DNA of 40,058 nt, from NCBI GenBank assembly GCA_041611735.1, contig JBFIML010000042.1, positions 1 to 40,058 on the forward strand. Reading direction: 5' to 3'. Below, one piece after another: positions 30,643 through 37,826 of this stretch (position 1 is the stretch's first letter; each line of letters opens with the position of its first letter). Origin of the DNA: Myxococcota bacterium. GTDB taxonomy: Bacteria; Myxococcota_A; UBA9160; PR03. The notes beneath the pieces are model-generated. The model had not been told where the DNA came from. It saw only the letters and a program-made list of their open reading frames with translations, and ran no database searches. The translations under genes were made by a program, and so were the position numbers.

Positions 30643-32242
30643 GACTCTCCTCCTCTTCGTCGTCCTCGCCCAGCGGCGACAGCATCGCCCCGGGGTCGGC
30701 CGATCCTTCGAAGACTCCCGCGTTCTCGGTGCGCGTCGCGCCGAGCGGGTCGGGCAGGCGGGCGGCCAGGCGCAGGGAGCGGCCCTCGCCGTCCGCCAGC
30801 CGGAACACCACCCCGTCCCAGTCCACGTGCTCCACCTCGTCCGCGGCGCGCAACAGCATGGCCCGCGTCCAGGCGCGAGTGTCCTCGGGGGGCTCGTGGA
30901 CGCGATGCTCGATCTCGTCGTCGCCGACCAGGCGCTCCACCACGCCCGCGCGCTCGTAGGCCCAGTAGAGGCCCAGCTCCGGGTCCACGTGGGCGTAGAG
31001 GTGGTCCAGGTGCTTGAGGCCGGGCGCACGCCAGTCCAGCTCGGGTCGGCGCGCCCGCGCCCGCTCGAGCGCCCGGAGCTTCAGCACCCAGTCGAGGCGA
31101 CTGGCGAGTGCGTCCAGATCCGCGTCGCGCAGCCGGAGCAGCGTGTCCTCCCAGGCATCGAGCAGCGCGTCTGCCTCCGGCACGCCCGCCAGCCCGCCCG
31201 CCGCATGGGCGTGGCGCGCTGCCTCCAGAAAGCCGAGCTGCAGCTCGACCGCGGTCGGGTTGCCCCCGAGCAGCAGGCGTGCCCGTGCCCGCAGCGTCGG
31301 GTCGCAGCTCCAGCGGCGGAGCGCCCCGAGCGGGTCCTCCAAGACCAGGCGCGGTTCCACGGCGTCCAGCTCGAGCATCGCCAGCACGATCTGCATGACG
31401 CCGACCTTGAGCCAGCTCGCCACGTGACACAGGGTGCTGTCGTAGAAGATGCAGTGGAGGCGGGCGTAGCCGGTGCCCGGGGCGCGGGTGGGCGGGCCGC
31501 ACAGGGGCTCGTCGCGGGAGTTCACCAGCGGGCGCCGGAAGGTCGTCTGCGGTCCGCACAGGGTCTCGAAGAAGTCGGCGCGCTGGCTGATCTGGTACGG
31601 CACCCAGGGCACCCCGTTCTCGGCGCCCACCTTGCCCTGCCCCGCGAAGACGATGCTCGAGACCTGGTAGGAGGCCAGGAACGCCAGATAGTGCGGGCGC
31701 CGCTCGAAGAGGTTGCCCCACGCGGTGCGCGTCAGCAGGAAGTTGAGGTGGCTGCCGAAGGAGTTCGAGTGCCCATCCGAGTTGTTGACGAGCAGCTCGA
31801 TCCGCTCGCCGGCGGGGAGCCGGGCGTTGGCGCGGATCCGCGCCTGGCGCGCGATCCGGATCATCGCGTGGGTGGCCACCAGGTGGTCGCGGGCGCTGCG
31901 CACCTCGGGCACGCACAGCTCGAGGTGGTCCAAGTCCACGTAGACGCAGCCGCCATTGGAGGCCAGGAACTTCCGGCCCCAATCCTGGGGGTCCTCGCCC
32001 TCCGCGGTGTATCCGGCCCTGCGCAGCGTGCCCCCTGCCAGGCGGATCGCGCGCCGCACGGGACGGACCCCGTCCACCTCGCGCAGCAGCAGCCGGGCGG
32101 CCTCGGCGCCCGTCCCTCCCGGACGTCGACGCCCCTCGACGAAGTTGGCCAGCTCGAAGTCGCCTCCGCACAGCTTGGGCAGCTGGTGCACCGGGGCGTC
32201 AGTCTCGACTTCTCGCACGCTGCCTACCTCTCCCGGCCGCAC
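30629..32242 (-). CDS. dop: Pup deamidase/depupylase-like protein (Dop/PafA2)
   Basis: CGGDFE, long Dop-loop-like insert, NGGCVYVDLDHLE, NNSDG...FGSH, QISQRADFF...TTFRRPLVNSRDEP, LDWVLK, WRAPGLKHLD..Y, PPEDTRA, WDGVVF. Alternative GTG start at 32218. Confidence 0.83.
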   Translation of the reverse strand: MRPGEVGSVREVETDAPVHQLPKLCGGDFELANFVEGRRRPGGTGAEAARLLLREVDGVRPVRRAIRLAGGTLRRAGYTAEGEDPQDWGRKFLASNGGCVYVDLDHLELCVPEVRSARDHLVATHAMIRIARQARIRANARLPAGERIELLVNNSDGHSNSFGSHLNFLLTRTAWGNLFERRPHYLAFLASYQVSSIVFAGQGKVGAENGVPWVPYQISQRADFFETLCGPQTTFRRPLVNSRDEPLCGPPTRAPGTGYARLHCIFYDSTLCHVASWLKVGVMQIVLAMLELDAVEPRLVLEDPLGALRRWSCDPTLRARARLLLGGNPTAVELQLGFLEAARHAHAAGGLAGVPEADALLDAWEDTLLRLRDADLDALASRLDWVLKLRALERARARRPELDWRAPGLKHLDHLYAHVDPELGLYWAYERAGVVERLVGDDEIEHRVHEPPEDTRAWTRAMLLRAADEVEHVDWDGVVFRLADGEGRSLRLAARLPDPLGATRTENAGVFEGSADPGAMLSPLGEDDEEEESHESA

Positions 32243-33916
32243 TCACGCGGCCTCGACGTAACGGTGGGCGCGCCGCAGGCGCGACGAGTCGCGCTCCACG
32301 CGCACCACGTCCACGTCGTCGGGCAGATCGTCCAGATGGGCGCGCACGTTGCGCACCGTCAGCGTCGAGCGCAGCCGCTCGATCGCGTCGTCCACGCCGT
32401 CGAGGACGTCCTCCACCCGCAGCCCCGCCGTGTCGCCGCGCTCGTCGTGGCTGGCGAAGGCACGTTCCCTGGCGTGCAGGCAGATCTGCTGGATGACCCG
32501 CCCGCTCATCAGGTCGCGCGCCCGCACCGGGCGCGTGCGGCCGTCGCGCAGGTGCAGCGTGCCCAGACCACTGTCCCCGTTGGGGGAGTAGAGGCGGGTG
32601 AGCGCCGCCTCCACCAGCTCCCCGCGCGTCGCGTCGGGGGCGTAGGGGAGCTCTCGACCCAGGTGCACCTCGAAGATGCCGCGCGCCTCGCGGCGATCGG
32701 GCCGGCCGATGGCGATCTCCACGTCGCAGATGCGGCTCAGGAAGGCGGGATCGAGCAGGTCCTTGCGGTTGGTGGCCGCGATCAGCGCCACGTCACCGCG
32801 CTCGGCGAAGCCATCGATCTCGGCCAGCAGCGCGGCGAGGAACTTGTCGGACAGGTGCGCAGCGGGTCCTCCGCGAACGCGCGCGACCGCCTCCACCTCG
32901 TCGAGGAAGAGGATCGCCGGGGCGCCGTCGCCGGCCGCCCGCCGCAGGGCCGCGAAGCACTCGCGGATGCGCGCCTCGGTCTCGCCGACCCAGGGGCTCT
33001 CGAACTCGCCCGGCCGCACCACCGCGAAGTGGCAGGGGCGACCGCTGGCTCGCCGGATCTGCGCGGCAGCGACCCGGGCGCGCAGCGTCTTTCCGCAGCC
33101 CGGTGGACCGTGCAGGAGGATGCTGCGGCGTCCCGCGAGCCCGTAGCGCCCGGCCCGCTCGGGGGCGAGCAGGCGGCCGGTCAGGACTTCGTGCAGCCGC
33201 CGCAGGGAGTCGCCGCCGCCGCCCACCGCTTCGAGCGGCAGGTCCGGGACCTGCTCGACCCGGAAGCCGCCGGTCTCGGCCGGTTGGATGCGCTCCAGGG
33301 CCAGGCGGGCGGCGCGATCGACCAGCAGGCGGTCGCCCGGGCGCAGCGCCTCCGGTTCGAGCGTGGCGGCGGCGTCCACCAGCCACTCCTCGTCGCGCCA
33401 GCGGACCGTGAGTCGCCCGTCCGCGGCGAGCCGCTCGAACAGCACGGTGTCGCCCAGCCCCCGGGGCGGCTCGCCGTCGCGCGCCACGATCAGCGCAAGC
33501 GCGTCGTTGAGGAAGACGGCGTCTCCCGGGCGCAGTGCGTCGGCCTCCAGCCCCGGGGCCAGCTTGACGACGCGCGGCCCGTTCGCCGCCTGCACCAGCG
33601 CGCGTCCCTCGGCAGCGGGCTCGACCCGCCGCAGCATGCGCGCCGGGTGCCAGGGCGGGGCGCAGATCTCCTCCACCAGCGCCCGCAGCTCCCGCTGCGC
33701 GCCCTCGAGCCGCAGCAACGTCCTGCGCTGGGCGTGCAGCCGCTCGAGCAGGCGCCGGTCCAGCTCGGCTCCCAACTCGCGCGAGCGGTTGCGCAGCGTG
33801 CTCAGGTGGGTCAGCACGTCGCCCAGCAGGGCGGGGTCGCGGTCCATGGCCGCGACGAGGTCGTCGATCTCCTGGGCTGCGGGATGGCGGGGGCGCATGG
33901 GACCTCCGGAAGTCAC
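32243..33916 (-). CDS. arc: ARC/Mpa-type proteasomal AAA+ ATPase
   Basis: N-terminal coiled coil, then two OB-like segments (LRPGDAVFLNDAL; LRPGDRLLVD...ALERI). VPDLPLEAVGG, GPPGCGKT, pore loop WVGETE, FLDE, ATNRKDLLDPAF. Alternative ATG at 33898. Confidence 0.88.
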   Translation of the reverse strand: MTSGGPMRPRHPAAQEIDDLVAAMDRDPALLGDVLTHLSTLRNRSRELGAELDRRLLERLHAQRRTLLRLEGAQRELRALVEEICAPPWHPARMLRRVEPAAEGRALVQAANGPRVVKLAPGLEADALRPGDAVFLNDALALIVARDGEPPRGLGDTVLFERLAADGRLTVRWRDEEWLVDAAATLEPEALRPGDRLLVDRAARLALERIQPAETGGFRVEQVPDLPLEAVGGGGDSLRRLHEVLTGRLLAPERAGRYGLAGRRSILLHGPPGCGKTLRARVAAAQIRRASGRPCHFAVVRPGEFESPWVGETEARIRECFAALRRAAGDGAPAILFLDEVEAVARVRGGPAAHLSDKFLAALLAEIDGFAERGDVALIAATNRKDLLDPAFLSRICDVEIAIGRPDRREARGIFEVHLGRELPYAPDATRGELVEAALTRLYSPNGDSGLGTLHLRDGRTRPVRARDLMSGRVIQQICLHARERAFASHDERGDTAGLRVEDVLDGVDDAIERLRSTLTVRNVRAHLDDLPDDVDVVRVERDSSRLRRAHRYVEAA

Positions 33917-34956
33917 GCCGCGACGGGCTCCGGCGCCGCGGGGGTTTCGAGCCGGTGGAAGCCCCGCTCGACGAGCAGGCCCGCGCGCCAGCCGTACAGG
34001 GTGGTGAGCAGCTCGCCCGCGCCCCGATCGGTGACCAGCAGCGCCACCTGGTACGGGGCCGGGAAGCAGGCGCGCTGGAGCAGGCGGTCCTCCTGGCTGA
34101 GGAAGGGGCCGCGCAGCGCGCAGCGCGGGCGCCGCGCCGGCGGGCAGCGGCGGCAGAAGTGCGGGTGGTGGTGCTCGAAGCCGACCATCAGCTCGCCGGC
34201 GCCGCGGCGCTCGACCGCACGACGCGCGTCGGCCCAGGCCTCCGGCGTGAAGGTGAAGCTGGCCGAGGTGGCCTCGGTGTGGCGGGTGAGCACCAGGGCG
34301 GTGATCTCGAGGAACACGTCGGCCGGCACCGCCGAGCGGTGCAGCCTGCCCAGCAGCACGCCGCCCGTCTCGACCTCGGGCGACAGGCGCGCCATGTCGA
34401 GCGCCTGCTCCAGCACCGCGGCGTGCACGAAGACCGGGTGGTCGCCGGGGTCGGGAGCGGCGGCCGCCGTGGAGCGGGTCAGGAAGCCGTCGAGCGAGCC
34501 GGAGACCAGCGGGAGCGGGCGTCGCTCCTCCGCGAACTGGAGGCCCGCCGCGCCGGCGGCGGGCGGCTCCGGCGCGTCACTGGGGAAGGCGCAGACGCGG
34601 TAGCGATAGCGCTCGCCCGCCTCGAGAGCGCCGGACTCGACCAGCAGCGACGAGCCCGCCTCGGCCAGCGGGCGGAAGAAGGCCGGCGACACCTCCGCCG
34701 CGAGCGAGGCACCCGCGGGCCGCGCGCGCGGCTCGATGCGAACGCCCGCCAACCAGGGCGGTCCGTCGCGGGGGTCCCACAGCGGGACGACGTCGGAGCC
34801 CTCGCCCGGCACCACCGCAGGCAGCGCGCCGCGGCGGATGCCCTGGAACTCGGCCCAGGCGCAGGCCGGCTCGAAGTCCGGCTCCACCGCGATCGCGCCG
34901 AGGGCGCGGCCGTCGAGGGCCGAGTAGCGGATGGTGTAGCGGTAGGGGGGGCTCAT
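33913..34956 (-). CDS. JAB/MPN+ metallo-isopeptidase with an N-terminal extension
   Basis: ETGGVLLG (catalytic Glu), GFEHHHP (HxH) and FLSQED (SxxD), with a CRRC...C insert between HxH and SxxD. Confidence 0.85.
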   Translation of the reverse strand: MSPPYRYTIRYSALDGRALGAIAVEPDFEPACAWAEFQGIRRGALPAVVPGEGSDVVPLWDPRDGPPWLAGVRIEPRARPAGASLAAEVSPAFFRPLAEAGSSLLVESGALEAGERYRYRVCAFPSDAPEPPAAGAAGLQFAEERRPLPLVSGSLDGFLTRSTAAAAPDPGDHPVFVHAAVLEQALDMARLSPEVETGGVLLGRLHRSAVPADVFLEITALVLTRHTEATSASFTFTPEAWADARRAVERRGAGELMVGFEHHHPHFCRRCPPARRPRCALRGPFLSQEDRLLQRACFPAPYQVALLVTDRGAGELLTTLYGWRAGLLVERGFHRLETPAAPEPVAA

Positions 34957-34966
34957 GGATCCTCGA

Positions 34967-35000
34967 GCCGGATCCCCGGCCCGGGGGCCGGGGATCCGGC
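34967..35000. repeat. Perfect 16-bp inverted repeat (stem-loop) between ubl and jab
   Basis: GCCGGATCCCCGGCCC-GG-GGGCCGGGGATCCGGC. No U-tract on the minus strand. Confidence 0.9.
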
Positions 35001-35005
35001 GGGCG

Positions 35006-35281
35006 TCAGCCAGCCATGATGTGGGGCGAGATCGTCATCTCGTCGCCGCTTGCGAGGGTGTCACCCACCAGCTCCGAGGCGTGCAGGTGGCGCCCCTCGC
35101 GCTCGAGACGCGCGCGGTAGCTCATGGGCCTTCCTTCGGTGTCCGCCGACACGAGCCCCATGCGCGCGACCGCGTCGCTCAACAGCTCGGCGATGGTCCA
35201 CTCGCGCGGTACCCGTGAGATGCGCACGCGCTTCTGGCCGGTGACGTCCAGGGCCCAGAGGTCGAGAGTCTTTTCGGACAT
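35006..35281 (-). CDS. Ubiquitin-like (beta-grasp) protein, 91 aa, ending in Gly
   Basis: ATG at 35281 after GGGAG. Pattern of two strands, helix (TIAELLSDAVARMGL), strand, GRHL, LASGDEMTI, C-terminal IMAG. Neighbours are E1, E2 and JAB genes. Confidence 0.8.
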   Translation of the reverse strand: MSEKTLDLWALDVTGQKRVRISRVPREWTIAELLSDAVARMGLVSADTEGRPMSYRARLEREGRHLHASELVGDTLASGDEMTISPHIMAG

Positions 35282-35298
35282 GGCTTGGGGGTCTCCCT

Positions 35299-36222
35299 TC
35301 AAAGGGCGCTCGGGCCGGTCTCCTTGACCGGTCCGGGCGCACGGTGGTTCTCGCGCCGCCTCACTCGCGGCATCGGGCCGAGCAGTGCGAGGTAGGCGCG
35401 CGCCAGCGCCTCGTCGCCGGCCAGCGCCGCGACCTCGCGGGCACAGTGCCGGGCCGCGATCGACAGCGCCGCGAGCGCGTGGTGCAGCTCGCGCGGCGCA
35501 GCGCCGCGGCCGGTCACCGCCTCCAGCCCCACCTGGACCCTGCCGTCGCTCTCGCCGGCCGTGGCGCGCACGAGGCGGAAGGCCCCGCTCGCCCGCAGCA
35601 GCATCTCGCCCAGGGCGCGGCGACAGGCACGCGAGGGGGACTCCACCGCGCACAGCGCGACGTGCCAGCGGGTCCCCCCGCCGACATCGCGCTCGCCGCA
35701 GGCGGCCAGCACCGCGTGCGGCACCTCGAGCCGCACCCGAGGGGCGGCACCAAGCTCGCAGGGCCAGTCCGTCTCGCGCAGGGCATCGCCCAGCGACTCG
35801 TCGTCGGGTCCGGCATCTGGTGCCGCCGCCCGCGTCATGCGCCCGCCGCCGCCCAGAGCGAGCGCGGCGGCGTCGGCGAGACCGGCGCGGATCTCCGCCA
35901 GGCGCTCCTCGAACGGGCAGTCCGCGTCGAGGGGCAGCTCCGCACAGGCGTGGAGCAGAGGTGCCCGCCCCCGCAGCGCGAGCCTCGCGCCCCCCGCGAA
36001 GCCCGCGTTGGCGCCCAGCAGCGACCAGGGCGACTCGCGCCGGCCGCCGAGGGCCAGGGCGAAGAGCAGGAAGCCGTCGGCCGTGCGGGCCGTCCCCGAC
36101 GCCACCCGACGGCGGCCGACCGGCACGGCGATGCGCCAGCGCGCCCCGCCCTCCGGGGTCCCGCCGAGCAGGCGCTCGACGGCGGGCCCCGCCACCGCGG
36201 CGTACGGGCTGCATGCGATCAT
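35299..36222 (-). CDS. Hypothetical protein (307 aa), possibly tandem YbjN/T3SS-chaperone-like domains
   Basis: ATG overlaps the E2 stop (ATGA). Fills the gap in the operon. Two similar segments: PWSLLGANAGFAGGARL and GEMLLRASGAFRLVRA. Fold call is inference. Confidence 0.65.
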   Translation of the reverse strand: MIACSPYAAVAGPAVERLLGGTPEGGARWRIAVPVGRRRVASGTARTADGFLLFALALGGRRESPWSLLGANAGFAGGARLALRGRAPLLHACAELPLDADCPFEERLAEIRAGLADAAALALGGGGRMTRAAAPDAGPDDESLGDALRETDWPCELGAAPRVRLEVPHAVLAACGERDVGGGTRWHVALCAVESPSRACRRALGEMLLRASGAFRLVRATAGESDGRVQVGLEAVTGRGAAPRELHHALAALSIAARHCAREVAALAGDEALARAYLALLGPMPRVRRRENHRAPGPVKETGPSAL

Positions 36223-36713
36223 CGCGGGGCCTCGCAAGCGGAGCGGCCCTTCAGGGGACGCCGGTCCACGGGCAGGCGCTGCGGGTGATTGCGCGCCCAC
36301 TGGCACGCGGCGCGGTTCAGGGCGTCGTCGTCCCGGACCGTGAGGGCCTGGAAGGTGAGGACCTCGTAGACCCGGTAGATCAGCTCGACCAGCGGTGTGC
36401 CTGGCGCCACGGCACCCAGGCAGATCAGGTGCTCGTACACGTTGGGATGGAACACGTGGCGGGGCTCCAGCAGCGTGATCAGCTGCGCGGCCTCGACCCG
36501 GCGCAGGTAGTCGTCGCCGAGCCAGAAGCCCACCGTGAAGCCCTCGGTGGCGCGGGGCTGGCCACCCGGGTCCGCCACCAGGGTGCTGGCCACGAACCTG
36601 GCCACGAAGCGCTCCGCGTCGAGCCGCAGCACCTGGAGGATGGGCGACCGGGCCGCCAGGGCCGCGGCCTGGCGGTGCTGGGTGTCGCGAAAGCTCTCCA
36701 GGATGGTGTCCAT
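36219..36713 (-). CDS. Ubiquitin-conjugating enzyme E2-like protein
   Basis: VFHPNVYEHLICLG (HPN motif plus Cys98) and a C-terminal DDALNRAACQW matching the E2 'PLN.EAA' helix. RBS GGAG. Confidence 0.85.
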   Translation of the reverse strand: MDTILESFRDTQHRQAAALAARSPILQVLRLDAERFVARFVASTLVADPGGQPRATEGFTVGFWLGDDYLRRVEAAQLITLLEPRHVFHPNVYEHLICLGAVAPGTPLVELIYRVYEVLTFQALTVRDDDALNRAACQWARNHPQRLPVDRRPLKGRSACEAPR

Positions 36714-36722
36714 GGTTTCTCC

Positions 36723-37826
36723 TCAGGCAACCGCCGCATCGGCGGAGGGCGGCAGGCCTTCCGCGCAGGGCAGGCGCTGCTCCAGCAGCTCGTAGTCGCG
36801 CGTACCCCAGGCGCACTCGAGGCACGCGACGGACTCGTCCGGCAGCACCGCCGTGACCCGCGTGAGCAGGTCGCCCGCATCGATGGCGGCGTCGAACAGC
36901 GGGACGCCCAGGCGGAAGGCGATCTCGTTGGCGCGCTGGCGCGCGCCGCGATTGTCCAGGCAGCTCACCAGCGCCGTGCCGCGGAACTGCCCCCAGGGCA
37001 CCGCCTCGAGCCGCGCCACCTGCGGATGCACCTCGAGGCGCGGCTCGATGCGCCGCATGCGCTCGGCCTGGACCAGGGCCTTGGGGCGGCCCAGGTCACC
37101 CGGCTCGATGGCCTGCCCGGCGAGATTCCCGGGCTCGTAGCCGTCGAAGTCCACCAGGATCGCGCGCCGCAGCCAGCCGCTGCGAGCGAGGGTGGCGCAC
37201 AGATGGGAGCCGATCGCGCCGCAGCCGAGCACCGCCACGCCGGCGCCGCAGCGCGCGGGCGCGTCGGGCAGCTCCAGGTGGACGGGCCCTCCCGCGCCGT
37301 GCAGCGTGACCACGTCGCCCGGAGCCAGCCCCAGCTTCGCCAGCGGGAGGTCGCAGCGCGCCGCGAGCATCTGCGTGGCGAGATGCGGGTGTAGCTCGAA
37401 GCCGCGCACGGCCAGCAACGCGCCGCAGCCCCGGCAGGTGCGGTCGCCGGCGGAGAGGCGCGCAAGCGGTCGCCAGAGCGCGTTCACCGCTCCGCACGCG
37501 GGGCAGCGCAGCTCGCCCACGAAGACGTGACCCGGCAAGGACGCCGTCACGTCGCCGCCTGCCTCGGCCTCGGCGAGGAGCTCGCCGACGCAGCGGGCCG
37601 TCGCCGTGCGGATGCGCATCCGGCGGTGATCGAACCGGCAGTGCGGATTGCGCGGGATGCGGGTCACCAGCTGCCGGTGGCCGCCGAGCTCGCGCATGCG
37701 CTCGAAGCCCACACCGGCGCGCCCGAAGTCACTGGCGTCGAGGGCCGTCAGGGCCAGCGCGAGCTCCGCCGCAGCCAGCTCCGCGAGCGCGGCCGGAGCC
37801 CGGGTCGGGGCGACGGGGGGCATCAT
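36723..37826 (-). CDS. ThiF/E1-like activating enzyme, apparently circularly permuted
   Basis: The adenylation core (GCGAIG, VDFD, NLAGQ, GRPK, CLDNRGAR, CLEC, LPC) is C-terminal. The normally C-terminal part (PT..PA helix, RNPHCRFDH, CPAC/CRGC, LAKLGLAPGDVV) is N-terminal. ATG at 37826 after GGAGGAG. Confidence 0.85.
   Translation of the reverse strand: MMPPVAPTRAPAALAELAAAELALALTALDASDFGRAGVGFERMRELGGHRQLVTRIPRNPHCRFDHRRMRIRTATARCVGELLAEAEAGGDVTASLPGHVFVGELRCPACGAVNALWRPLARLSAGDRTCRGCGALLAVRGFELHPHLATQMLAARCDLPLAKLGLAPGDVVTLHGAGGPVHLELPDAPARCGAGVAVLGCGAIGSHLCATLARSGWLRRAILVDFDGYEPGNLAGQAIEPGDLGRPKALVQAERMRRIEPRLEVHPQVARLEAVPWGQFRGTALVSCLDNRGARQRANEIAFRLGVPLFDAAIDAGDLLTRVTAVLPDESVACLECAWGTRDYELLEQRLPCAEGLPPSADAAVA

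Noticed and set aside
29573-34603. Very long plus-strand ORF (1676 aa) and similar long ORFs such as 25634-28789, 4717-8187 and 7959-11690
   Set aside because: They are antisense or alternative-frame shadows of well-supported genes, expected in high-GC DNA, and carry no recognisable motifs.
34967-35000. The hairpin as an intrinsic terminator
   Set aside because: No U-rich tract follows on the transcribed strand. Kept as a stem-loop of unknown role.
35006-37826. Reading the Ubl and E1 as a ThiS/MoaD sulfur-carrier system
   Set aside because: No thiamine, molybdopterin, cysteine-synthase or rhodanese genes are nearby, and an HPN-type E2 plus a RING-like gene point to protein conjugation.
33913-37826. 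Reading E1, E2 and JAB as CBASS/Pycsar Cap2-Cap3 ancillary genes
   Set aside because: No CD-NTase, cyclase or effector gene is present, E1 and E2 are separate, and a dedicated Ubl exists.
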